A DNA stretch of 51,736 bases, from positions 1 through 51,736 of IMG/VR virus record IMGVR_UViG_3300043406_000030; one strand, given 5' to 3'. The notes beneath the pieces are model-generated. The model was not told the origin of the DNA. It saw only the letters and a list, made by a program, of their open reading frames with translations, and searched no databases. Shown piece after piece: positions 19,425-27,756 of the stretch. Origin of the DNA: a virus. Taxonomy: Duplodnaviria > Caudoviricetes. Made by a program: the position numbers and the translations under genes. How positions within the stretch are numbered: the stretch's first letter is position 1; each line of letters starts with the position of its first letter.

Positions 19425-19569
19425 CTATGTTCTCCTTTACTTGAAATTGTGGACAAGGCACGAATCCGGGCGCTGCATCAATAGTATGCAGCAACCGCCA
19501 TACCAGCGCGAACAGTGCTATAGCCGACAACGATAATCCGATCAACATTTCTTTTTGCATAGGATTTCC

Positions 19570-19866
19570 ATGGCAATACGTAAACGCGGCAGTAGAAAAC
19601 GCACCGACTATGCCCAACCAAAGTCAGGCGACCCGCGCGCCGCCACGCTGTCAGATCGGTCGTTCCAACTCTTGATGGTTCGGTTCGACGCCGTCGATAA
19701 AGACAACCAAGACATCAAGGACACGCTCAAGGCTCACGTCGAAAAAGACGAACGGGTCTACGCGACCGTCAATAAGCACTCAACCTATTGGAGTCTGCTC
19801 CTGGGCCTTGGGACCCCCAGTATATTTGCCGTAATCGCCTGGTTCAACGGGCTGTTCAGCCGGTAA
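19570..19866 (+). CDS. Coiled-coil plus C-terminal TM protein (XhlA/holin-like), inverted orientation
   Basis: AGGA RBS; RFDAVDKDNQDIKDTL coiled coil then YWSLLLGLG...AVIAWF TM segment. Confidence 0.5.
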   Translation: MAIRKRGSRKRTDYAQPKSGDPRAATLSDRSFQLLMVRFDAVDKDNQDIKDTLKAHVEKDERVYATVNKHSTYWSLLLGLGTPSIFAVIAWFNGLFSR

Positions 19867-20049
19867 CGCGTTTGGCGTTGGAGCACCGGCGCTCGATAAT
19901 TCAAGCGCTTTCATAAACCCGTTCTGGTAAGCTTGCTGCAGCAGCGCATTCGCTTGTGCGATAATGTTTGCATTGTGTAGCCGCATCTTCTCGTTGGCGG
20001 CGGCATGCTTGGATTGGTTGCGCTGTATCACTCGTTTAAATCCAGACAT
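19780..20049 (-). CDS. Hypothetical protein
   Basis: AAGGAGG RBS; 89 aa. Confidence 0.55.
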   Translation of the reverse strand: MSGFKRVIQRNQSKHAAANEKMRLHNANIIAQANALLQQAYQNGFMKALELSSAGAPTPNALPAEQPVEPGDYGKYTGGPKAQEQTPIG

Positions 20050-20228
20050 CAGACTTCCTCCTTGATCGTAAGCACTTTTTCACACGAGTACACTTGCCTG
20101 CGATCGTACAGTGCAACCTCTGTTGGTCCGTCGTCTTCCTCCAGATTCTTGACTTCTTCCTCTACTGTAAAGTACACATGTGAGCCATCCGTATCTCGCC
20201 GGGCGTAGAGTATAGCAGGAAAATTCAC
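20049..20228 (-). CDS. Hypothetical protein (59 aa; not in ORF track)
   Basis: GTG start with AAGGAGG RBS, coupled to neighbours. Confidence 0.5.
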   Translation of the reverse strand: MNFPAILYARRDTDGSHVYFTVEEEVKNLEEDDGPTEVALYDRRQVYSCEKVLTIKEEV

Positions 20229-20485
20229 GTGCCCTCCTTGCGTGTTAGCATCTTTAATGTCACGCCGGGAAAGTACAGCAGAGTGCCTTCAAATTGGTCA
20301 CTTACCCGAGGATAGCCGGCTGCTCCGCCGGATACAATCGTGGCCGAAACTTCAGCCGCAATCGCCTCCCAGTGGTCACTGTTCAAGTCTCCGACACACA
20401 GCCGGGTGTCCGACTCTTCAAGAAGCGCCCGAATCGAGTGGTCTTCGTGTAGTCGCAGCATAGTCCCTCTGTGGCATTTTGCCAC
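20225..20485 (-). CDS. Hypothetical protein
   Basis: Coupled ORF in the - arm; start uncertain. Confidence 0.5.
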   Translation of the reverse strand: MAKCHRGTMLRLHEDHSIRALLEESDTRLCVGDLNSDHWEAIAAEVSATIVSGGAAGYPRVSDQFEGTLLYFPGVTLKMLTRKEGT

Positions 20486-20697
20486 ACTTTATGGTGAATC
20501 TGTCAAGTACTTGCCACAAGCGAGTTAACTTAGGGGCTAGAGGGGGGTAAACTTGCCCTCAGGAGGGTCATCAAACGAAAGCCGAGGATTGAATCGTCTG
20601 CGCAAGAAGATGCGTTTGAGGAGCCAATGCGCGCCAAATCCGACAAACCATGCGTTCATCCAGCACCACACCCAATACAGGACGGTTACTGCGTCCA

Positions 20698-21036
20698 TCA
20701 TGCATCCTTTCTGGTTGTCGGGTCTGCCCGGTCAACCCACAACGCGCCCTTGCATTCAATGACCTCTGGCTGACCGCCTTCGTCGCCTGCTGCGCACATG
20801 CCGCCAGCCTTATGCGCAAGTTTGGCGTCTTCGTCCAGAACAGGATACGCGGAAATCGACGCGTGCATCCTGTGCAGGTCTTGGTATAACTCGTCTGGTG
20901 TATTCCCTGCCGGTCCTACCCCCTGCGCCGTCCATGCCGCAAGATGATCGTAATACTCCACGATGTCGTACACAAAGGTTTTCGTGCCCGCCAGCGGGTC
21001 TTTCACACGCTTGCGTATTCGATAATACCAGCCCAC
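20698..21036 (-). CDS. Hypothetical phage protein
   Basis: AGGAGG RBS; W.YRI...Y.I.E.Y pattern common in small phage proteins. Confidence 0.6.
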   Translation of the reverse strand: MGWYYRIRKRVKDPLAGTKTFVYDIVEYYDHLAAWTAQGVGPAGNTPDELYQDLHRMHASISAYPVLDEDAKLAHKAGGMCAAGDEGGQPEVIECKGALWVDRADPTTRKDA

Positions 21037-21054
21037 GGGTTGCCTGCCTCCTGT

Positions 21055-21531
21055 TTAGATTATACTGCCGTAAGGCGATGGCTCGCGCTGTTCGACTCCC
21101 GAAAAGCGCGGCTTTAACGCTTCAATGTGTGCGACAAGCCCGTTGAGATGTTGACACACATGCGTTGCAAACTTGACCATCACGTCCCACCGCTCCGGTT
21201 CTTCTGGCATGTAGATAATGCCCGGCTTCCCCTGCCCGAGCATGTATCCCAATTCGAGATGCGCGGAGCGTCCTGCGGGTGCCACAAGAACTCCCACGTC
21301 GGCTTGCTGCAAATGATGCAGGTCATATTCGAAGGTATGCTTCGCAGCGTGCCCGTCCAGTGCCTGCCAGTATGTCCTGCCTCGCTCCTTCTCGTACTTC
21401 ATCCACTCTTCGTCGCCCTTCTCGCCAGCAGCGTGCCAGTCGTCAAACACTTCGACGTGTCTGTAACGCAAGACCTTTGCGACTGTCCGCACGTGCGCGT
21501 CACGCAACGAACCAATCAAGTAGACAATCAT
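21055..21531 (-). CDS. Nucleoside 2-deoxyribosyltransferase-like protein
   Basis: VYLIG at N-terminus; D...L..AD..VLV.P.GRSAHLELGY motif. Confidence 0.75.
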   Translation of the reverse strand: MIVYLIGSLRDAHVRTVAKVLRYRHVEVFDDWHAAGEKGDEEWMKYEKERGRTYWQALDGHAAKHTFEYDLHHLQQADVGVLVAPAGRSAHLELGYMLGQGKPGIIYMPEEPERWDVMVKFATHVCQHLNGLVAHIEALKPRFSGVEQREPSPYGSII

Positions 21532-22130
21532 AAGTGACTGTCCTTATCAACAGCAATATCCGCAGCAGACGCCGCTGGGGCGCTGCTCTTAGTCCATGCC
21601 CACTTGTCCACGGGGTCTGTTGCGGGCGCTTTCTCAAGCGCAAGCTTCATCGACACTTTCTCGGGGCTGTAGTCTCTCGCAAAGGGCGTCTTCGCTAGGG
21701 TTGCTGCTTTCGTCTTCACATACTCGGCCCCGTTGATGTTAAACAGGACGGCTGCCGCGTGGTCTTCATCAGCCTCGCCATAAAACCACTGCATAAAATG
21801 TCTGAATGCCGACTGTTTAAAACGCAGGTATTCAGGATCGCCTGATGCCTTGGTCCAGTTCGCGGACCCGTCTGTGTTATCAGGGTATTTGACCGCGCCT
21901 TTTGTCAAATGCTCGGCCCACCGCTTGAGCATCGGTCCTTCAGAGACCCTGTGATACTGCACCTTGCCTTCAGATGTGTCACGTACCATGCCTGAGCCAA
22001 ACTCTTCACGTTTCCCGCTGTCTTTCACGACAAAATGTCCTTGTATATCTCGGAAGAAGGCGTCAGTATGCCCATACAAGGCATGGGCATTAGGAGCGCC
22101 GTCCCGCGTGATTGGCTCGCCCTGCGACAT
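21528..22130 (-). CDS. dATP/dGTP diphosphohydrolase domain protein (DUF5664-like)
   Basis: KDSG.R..F.SG.VRD..EGK..Y; L..GA.KY...NW.K; SA.RH..W..GE.DEDH.AAV.FN. Confidence 0.8.
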   Translation of the reverse strand: MSQGEPITRDGAPNAHALYGHTDAFFRDIQGHFVVKDSGKREEFGSGMVRDTSEGKVQYHRVSEGPMLKRWAEHLTKGAVKYPDNTDGSANWTKASGDPEYLRFKQSAFRHFMQWFYGEADEDHAAAVLFNINGAEYVKTKAATLAKTPFARDYSPEKVSMKLALEKAPATDPVDKWAWTKSSAPAASAADIAVDKDSHL

Positions 22131-22486
22131 TATTCCTGCTCCTTCCTCGTCACGATCAGCTTTCTTGCACCTGGCGTGACTTGAATCTTGGTATACTTCT
22201 TGGTCAACGCTTTGATTTCTTCCATCACTGCAAGATAGTGGGCATGATTCTTCGGGTCTTTCTTCTGAAACTTCTCTTCGTCGAAGACGTCGGTTTCTTT
22301 GTCTTTGTCAAATTTGTACGTACAGACATACTCGGACGTATCGACGCTGTCAAGCTTCTCCGCTTCAAGCCGCGCCTTAATGGTGCCGGCCAGTTCCTCT
22401 TTCTTCCGGTCAGACTCTTTCGCCAAGGCGCGAACCCGATCGTATTCCACAAACAACTTATCCAGTGACTTCGCGAGTTTATTCAT
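22130..22486 (-). CDS. Hypothetical coiled-coil protein
   Basis: 118 aa; F...KF.K..P..Y pattern; coupled ORF. Confidence 0.65.
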   Translation of the reverse strand: MNKLAKSLDKLFVEYDRVRALAKESDRKKEELAGTIKARLEAEKLDSVDTSEYVCTYKFDKDKETDVFDEEKFQKKDPKNHAHYLAVMEEIKALTKKYTKIQVTPGARKLIVTRKEQE

Positions 22487-22806
22487 CTGGTCCTTTCATG
22501 TGTTGTTGCACAATCCATGCGAGCAACATGCACGCCCCCGCTGCCGCCACAAGCACAAAGACATCCCACCCCAGCACGACCGCGAGCGTGACGATATGCT
22601 CAAATTCGGCGGCTGATAAATTCATAAATACAAATCCCACAGATTTTCACGCAATACCCGGTCAAATTCCGGATCTAGCTACTCTCCGACTGCTGGTGGC
22701 TTCAGCTCCTGCTGGTTATACCAGCGGTGCATACTCCACACAAGTCTTCCCCCCAGCCACTTGAATACGCGATACCCTGGCCCACGGTAGACGCCTCTAT
22801 AACGTG

Positions 22807-23139
22807 TCATGATGGCGGCCTTTCGGTGGGGGTGAGGGTAGACAAGTAAAGATCCCTAAACCGTGCCGCTGCGTCTTGCCATTCAGGCGTTTGCGTCGTC
22901 CAGTCGCTACCTGAGACATTGGCGACTGCAATCCACAACATTTCTGCTGCCTCCTCCAACTGCTTGCATCGGGCCTGTGAGTCTGTGAGCAACCCCATAA
23001 CCACCGGCTCCATAATGTGCATCAGCTCATCGCAATCACCGGGCTCTAACGGTTCAGGAAGATAGTCGCTGAATTCGTGCGCCGCACACAGGAGTGCTGT
23101 GCGCAATGCTGTCTGCGTGTTTGCCATCTTCACCATCAT
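22807..23139 (-). CDS. Hypothetical protein
   Basis: 110-aa ORF coupled to the phosphoesterase gene. Confidence 0.55.
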   Translation of the reverse strand: MMVKMANTQTALRTALLCAAHEFSDYLPEPLEPGDCDELMHIMEPVVMGLLTDSQARCKQLEEAAEMLWIAVANVSGSDWTTQTPEWQDAAARFRDLYLSTLTPTERPPS

Positions 23140-24011
23140 TTTTGAAACTTTCGTTTCAGATAAGACATGCTAACCGCCATCTCGTCAAACGACCCGTCTT
23201 TTACTTCGTGCAGCATGTACATGCCGCGCCAATGCCCATTGGTAAATGGCGACAAATATGTTTCTTCGTGTTGGTAGAAACTCCCACTGATAATCGCCGT
23301 CATATCTTGCCCGTCTGCCCGGCGCGAATACGCGATGTCTCGGCCTTGCAAGTGTCCTGCGAAGGCAGACATGTGCAGCTTGTTCAGCAGTGTCTTCGCT
23401 GCGCCGATCGGTTGACCTTTGACGCCGCTTGGAAAGTAATGGCAAAAGGCGACGCCGCCAACCGTGATCGGTTGCAGAAACGGAAACACTTTCCAGCCAT
23501 GCTCCTTAAACTCAATGTCGTCAATGCTCAACATGCCTTCTAGTCGTGGGTCACTGTTCACAGCCCTGGGTATCCTGTCCTCGTGATTGCCGAGCGTTTC
23601 AAGCAGTTCCGGCGTATACCCGTTCGCCTTTGCGAGCTCGTTTCCAAACAGGTCTAACACTTTGTTGACCGCGTCGAGGTCTTTTTTGTAACGCAAGCCT
23701 TCTCGCTTGAGACTTCCCAAAGCCTCGTGAGTACCTAGAGAGGGCATGTCAGAAATGTCGCCTATCTGCAGGATGACATGAGGACGTTGTCGAGCAAGGT
23801 ACTTGCCTACCCACGTCCAGTGGTCCACAGGTACGCCTGGTCGGATTTGCCCATCTGTTAGCACAGCAACACGTAGGCCCTCTGCTGGTCCTTTAACCTG
23901 AATCTGGATCATCTTGCGCAGAAAAGGGGCATCCCCGCCGCGTGCCTCTTTGCACTGCTCGTAATACCGCTTGTCGTTCCTGCGCTTATCGTCCCAGTTT
24001 TTGTACGGCAT
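23136..24011 (-). CDS. Calcineurin-like metallophosphoesterase
   Basis: D.Q, GD..D, LGNHEDR, H, GH motifs. Confidence 0.85.
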   Translation of the reverse strand: MPYKNWDDKRRNDKRYYEQCKEARGGDAPFLRKMIQIQVKGPAEGLRVAVLTDGQIRPGVPVDHWTWVGKYLARQRPHVILQIGDISDMPSLGTHEALGSLKREGLRYKKDLDAVNKVLDLFGNELAKANGYTPELLETLGNHEDRIPRAVNSDPRLEGMLSIDDIEFKEHGWKVFPFLQPITVGGVAFCHYFPSGVKGQPIGAAKTLLNKLHMSAFAGHLQGRDIAYSRRADGQDMTAIISGSFYQHEETYLSPFTNGHWRGMYMLHEVKDGSFDEMAVSMSYLKRKFQK

Positions 24012-24199
24012 TACAGCCCAACCTTCAACGCGCGAATCAGTTTCCGCAACCTACACATGACGTGTATCGCATCAAGCTGCCCGGTTAGCTCGAACCCTAT
24101 CTGCTGATCCAAGTCTTCAAGCTCCTCTTTGAGAAACTGAATCTTCTGACCCTGGCTTTGTTGGGGCTGCTTCGCTGGCTTCTTCGCGGCCTTGTTCAT
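24011..24199 (-). CDS. Hypothetical protein
   Basis: 62-aa coupled ORF with GGAGG RBS. Confidence 0.5.
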   Translation of the reverse strand: MNKAAKKPAKQPQQSQGQKIQFLKEELEDLDQQIGFELTGQLDAIHVMCRLRKLIRALKVGL

Positions 24200-24525
24200 G
24201 CCTTCCTCCAGTCTGTGTCTGATCGCAAGTAGGCTGCCGTCCTGTCAAACATGTCGGCGTGCTCTTTCCGCCGACGACCTACCATAAACTTGTTACAGAA
24301 GTAGCACAATAACCCACGGACTTGTCCGCCACTGCCCGGCGTATTCTTGCGTGGATGCTCGTGATCGACATTCAGATTCTTGCCGGGCTTCGGCTTGCGC
24401 AGGCAGATCCAGCAGGCCCCGTTGCCGTGTACCAACATCAAGTTATAGATGCGACAATCAATGCCGTACTTCTTTAACAAATACTTATCTCTCGCAGACG
24501 GCTTAGCCTGCTCCGTCATGCTCAA
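24196..24525 (-). CDS. Recombination endonuclease VII family nuclease
   Basis: KYGI...Y; C.IC; L.VDH.H; VRGLLC..CN motifs. Confidence 0.88.
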   Translation of the reverse strand: MSMTEQAKPSARDKYLLKKYGIDCRIYNLMLVHGNGACWICLRKPKPGKNLNVDHEHPRKNTPGSGGQVRGLLCYFCNKFMVGRRRKEHADMFDRTAAYLRSDTDWRKA

Positions 24526-25673
24526 TTCACCTCTCGCATTTTTCGTTCACTCGCCTTGTCTTTAAACCAGTACGAATTTTCACGAGTCAGCGTGGTCAAG
24601 TGTCCGTGAAACTTGTAGTGACGGTTCTTGACGACATGTACGTCCACAACAGAGGAGTCGTTCTCGTTTGGCAGCATCAAGTCAAGCGCAGCATCTGCAG
24701 CATATTCAATCTCTCCAGTCTCCTTGTACCCCGACATCGTCGGCTCGCCGTATGACGCGCGATTCTTTTCAGACACAAGCAAGAGATGGTGCCCAAATTC
24801 TTTCAAGCCTTCGAGCTTATGCACCCACGATTCAAGACTTTCACGCCGAAACGAGAGCCCCTTGGCAACCTTTTGAATCGAATCGACGACTACAAGACAC
24901 GGCTCGTTCACCATCTCTAAATCTCGTTCTAGCATCGACAAACTGTGCCGCACATACAATCTGCGCGTAGCTTGCTTAATCTTTTTACCATCGCCCTTCA
25001 ACGCCTGGTGAACATGCCACCGAAGCACCGACTTGCCCTGTTCAAAATCGTAGTACAACACAGGCCGATGGAGCGCAGAACACAGCATCGAGATCATGAG
25101 TGCCAGCGTAGACTTCCCGGCAGCAGGCATACCGGATACTACCCACATGCCGAACAACCCGCCAAGGTGCTTGTTGATCGCATCAAGCCCCGGAAGACGC
25201 ATGCCTTCAGGAGGGGCAGCGTCTGCCATCTCGTCTGACAACGGCGTCAATGTGTTGCGCTCATGCCCGTGTTGCGACAACAGACTCTTCAAGGCTAGTA
25301 AAGAATACTGTCCTCCAGAAACTTGAGCTGCTGCCTCATTAACCAAATCAGTGAGGATTGCTTTTCTCGCCAAGAGATCAAGGATTTTTCCGACTTGGGG
25401 AACTTCTGCTTTCTCGACTGTTTTAAGATACGCTTTAAATGCTTCTGGGTCTGCCCCCAGTGCTTCTGTTGCGTGGAAATAGATACTTTTGTACGAGTAG
25501 TCTGTGTCCGCATCAAATTCCTTTATCGCCTTGTAGACGTACTGCCCAAGCTGCGACAACTCGTCGAGATGCACTTTATCAAGCGGCACATCCTTGGCAA
25601 CGATCGCGCACAGTGCGGCTTTCTCTAGCTCAATGTTGAGCGGCAATCGAGGAGCTGGTTGAAACTTTTTCAT
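24522..25673 (-). CDS. RecA/DnaB-superfamily replicative helicase
   Basis: Walker A GMPAAGKST, YYDFE, Walker B VVVDS, G.IEY.AD, VVKNR. Confidence 0.85.
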   Translation of the reverse strand: MKKFQPAPRLPLNIELEKAALCAIVAKDVPLDKVHLDELSQLGQYVYKAIKEFDADTDYSYKSIYFHATEALGADPEAFKAYLKTVEKAEVPQVGKILDLLARKAILTDLVNEAAAQVSGGQYSLLALKSLLSQHGHERNTLTPLSDEMADAAPPEGMRLPGLDAINKHLGGLFGMWVVSGMPAAGKSTLALMISMLCSALHRPVLYYDFEQGKSVLRWHVHQALKGDGKKIKQATRRLYVRHSLSMLERDLEMVNEPCLVVVDSIQKVAKGLSFRRESLESWVHKLEGLKEFGHHLLLVSEKNRASYGEPTMSGYKETGEIEYAADAALDLMLPNENDSSVVDVHVVKNRHYKFHGHLTTLTRENSYWFKDKASERKMREVN

Positions 25674-25682
25674 AGCCCCTTT

Positions 25683-26453
25683 CTACTTGGCCCATTTTCC
25701 TGTTCCGCCGTAGCGGCCTTCTGGCTTGCACATGGACCAGTGGCCGCAGTTCCCTTTTCCGCACTTCCAATCTCTACAAAGTTCAAGCATCTTAATGTCT
25801 TTCGGCTTCTTGCTCGTCAATGCTTTTTGCAGCAAGGCTGCCGTCGCTTTGATCTGTTTGCGATATGCTGCAATATCCTTGGCTGTCCATCGGATCTCAT
25901 ACGCGCGGTACTGTGGGTACGTGCCGTACCCCTTTGCAGCATCCTTCGCCATCAAACGCAAGACGACAAGGCGCCCTTCCAAAGACTTTTTGGCCGCCAT
26001 GTAAATGCACAACTGCTCCAGATAGCTCGACAGGTCACTGATAGACTGCTCGTTCACTGTGCGCGAAGTCTTCAGCTCATACGGAATGCCGTTCGGACTT
26101 GCTGTCGTCTTGCTGGGTTTCTCCCAGTCATTCGAGAAAGAAATTCCTAGTTCTTTGTCCCATGTGCCGCCGACATCCGTATCCTTGAGGCTCAACCCTT
26201 TGCCGTCGTTCATCGTGGTGCTGAAGAAGGCGTGGAGGACTTTGCCGACAAAGAAGTTGCCCACCATGCGTGGCGTCATCGCTTCTTTGTGTTGACGGTT
26301 CCAGTATGCCTTGCGCGGATCTAACAAGTCACTGGCATGAATCCTCGGGTCACGCGCCGTGCCTTCGGCTTCCAGCCACTGCTTCGTCTTTTCGACAAGG
26401 GCGTCTTCGGCATCTTTGTTTCGCTCAATACTCAGTTTTGGAAGTGTCAGCAT
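25683..26453 (-). CDS. PD-(D/E)xK (Cas4/RecB-like) exonuclease
   Basis: IHASDL..PRK.Y, G..LH, ELKT, QL.IY, C-terminal C...C...C...C cluster. Confidence 0.75.
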   Translation of the reverse strand: MLTLPKLSIERNKDAEDALVEKTKQWLEAEGTARDPRIHASDLLDPRKAYWNRQHKEAMTPRMVGNFFVGKVLHAFFSTTMNDGKGLSLKDTDVGGTWDKELGISFSNDWEKPSKTTASPNGIPYELKTSRTVNEQSISDLSSYLEQLCIYMAAKKSLEGRLVVLRLMAKDAAKGYGTYPQYRAYEIRWTAKDIAAYRKQIKATAALLQKALTSKKPKDIKMLELCRDWKCGKGNCGHWSMCKPEGRYGGTGKWAK

Positions 26454-26474
26454 GTGTCCTTTAACAAAAGTTTA

Positions 26475-26546
26475 GGCGGCGTCCTGTCGCTCTTAGACGA
26501 ACTCAGGTTCTACCCTTGTGCGGGAGACCAAACCCGCATTTCCGCC
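26475..26546 (-). ncRNA. Structured element C (multi-branch hairpin)
   Basis: GGCGG/CCGCC closing stem enclosing TGCGGG/CCCGCA and CCTG..TCG/CGA.CAGG hairpins. Confidence 0.35.
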
Positions 26547-26553
26547 AGACAAC

Positions 26554-26641
26554 TGGGGGCGAGGGAGCGTTTATTTCACGCTTACCCTGCTTGTCCACAG
26601 GGCTAGTGAAGGCTTGGACAACCGCCACACCACCCCTCGCC
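26554..26641 (-). ncRNA. tRNA-mimic element B with kissing loops and CCA end
   Basis: 8-bp GGCGAGGG/CCCTCGCC stem then C-CCA; AGCGT/ACGCT arm; two hairpins with complementary loops TTGTCCA/TGGACAA; G-U pairs favour the - strand. Confidence 0.6.
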
Positions 26642-26666
26642 GGGTTTTCTTCGTGTATTCTTTATA

Positions 26667-26765
26667 GGTGAGGGGGCCGGATTCGAACCGGCTAGCAGTT
26701 TACGAGACCCAGGCTTGCTTACGGCCCGTGTATCAAGTCGTGTACCCACCACGCCGCCCCTCACC
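26667..26765 (-). ncRNA. tRNA-like element A with non-canonical anticodon region
   Basis: GGTGAGGGG/CCCCTCACC stem, CGTG/CACG D-like arm, perfect GCCGG-TTCGAAT-CCGGC T arm; 46-nt irregular centre. Confidence 0.7.
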
Positions 26766-26920
26766 TTTATTGTTCCATCATCTCTTTGATCTGCACACCC
26801 TTGTTGCGAAGCACGCTGTTGCTCCACTCCGCAGGAGTCAGCGCTTTATGACTCATCAAGGTATCTTCTACGTAGTGGATATACTGCAAGACATGCGCGT
26901 AAAAGTCCCGTCGAGAGATG

Positions 26921-27367
26921 TTACCAGTCTGACTTTCTGGTTGACTTCTTGACGACTTTCTTCTTGGGGGCTTCATCCTCTTCCTCTTCTTCAGCTTCTT
27001 CGGCTTCCTCTTCTTCGTCCTCTACGACTTTCTTTTTCTTGCGAGGCGCGTCCTCCTCGTCCTCTTCCTCGGCCTCTTCTTCCTCTTCGCGAGCAGGCTT
27101 GCGCTTTTTGAACCGGGGCTGTTCCTCAGAATCTCCAACAAAGCATTGCAAACTAAAGTCAGGGTCTTTGCGAGACTCCTTCTCATCGTTCTTCCATAAC
27201 GAGAACACGATTGGGGCGCCGTTCTCTTGCGCCTCGTTTAGCTTTTCCATCAAGTCGGCAACGCCGTCTTCCTTCAACCTTCCGGTAAACAGCGCCCTGT
27301 TTGACTTGCTCGGCCAGAGGCCGGTTAACCGCAAATACTTGCTCTCTTTCTTGCCGTACTTCTTCAT
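26921..27367 (-). CDS. Putative ssDNA-binding protein with acidic tail
   Basis: GAGGAG RBS; LTGLW..K...F.G...SLW.N..K...PDF.L pattern; long Glu/Asp tail ending in W. Confidence 0.6.
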   Translation of the reverse strand: MKKYGKKESKYLRLTGLWPSKSNRALFTGRLKEDGVADLMEKLNEAQENGAPIVFSLWKNDEKESRKDPDFSLQCFVGDSEEQPRFKKRKPAREEEEEAEEEDEEDAPRKKKKVVEDEEEEAEEAEEEEEDEAPKKKVVKKSTRKSDW

Positions 27368-27549
27368 GTATTCTCCTCGTGTAATAGGCATGTTGACGGT
27401 CTGCGTACTTCAAAAACGTGCGCCTCGGACGTTGTGCCCGCCGTAGTCACAATGTTGTCATACAGCTTGTCCGTTACATAATCAACTTTGCCGTAGACAG
27501 GCAAACTTAATTGCTGAAAACAAATCCAATCGCCTGGCCTAATGTCCAC
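27364..27549 (-). CDS. Hypothetical protein
   Basis: AAGGAG RBS; IRPGDWI (KOW/SH3-like start). Confidence 0.5.
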   Translation of the reverse strand: MDIRPGDWICFQQLSLPVYGKVDYVTDKLYDNIVTTAGTTSEAHVFEVRRPSTCLLHEENT

Positions 27550-27567
27550 GGTTACTCCTTGTTAAAG

Positions 27568-27756
27568 TTAGCGAACGAGTAGCCCTGCTCCGTCTGGATG
27601 ATCCACATCAGTTTTGACGACGAACCGCAACATCGTGTTGGTCTCAGTTATTAGTCTATTTCTCGCGATCTTTGCTTCGGTCCTCGACACAATGCCGCTC
27701 ACAACGGGCAACCCTGTTTCGAGATCAATCACACAGTATTTGCGATTGAGTGCCAT
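27568..27756 (-). CDS. Hypothetical protein
   Basis: 62-aa ORF abutting the polymerase stop. Confidence 0.5.
   Translation of the reverse strand: MALNRKYCVIDLETGLPVVSGIVSRTEAKIARNRLITETNTMLRFVVKTDVDHPDGAGLLVR

Noticed and set aside
20470-20510. Sigma70 promoter (TTGACA on the - strand)
   Set aside because: The best -10 (CAAAAT) is 19 nt away; too weak to call
26475-26546. Hammerhead or other known self-cleaving ribozyme
   Set aside because: No CTGANGA/GAAA core in the right arrangement, and no clear HDV, twister or pistol consensus by eye
26554-26641. tRNA-Sec (8/5 fold with a TTCA nearby)
   Set aside because: The TCA is not in a 7-nt anticodon loop and there is no TTC T-loop
26603-26827. 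74-aa ORF across the tRNA-like elements
   Set aside because: No clear RBS or protein motif; the region is better explained by RNA structure
26949-27446. Poly-Ser ORF on the + strand
   Set aside because: Antisense shadow of the Glu-rich tail of the SSB-like gene
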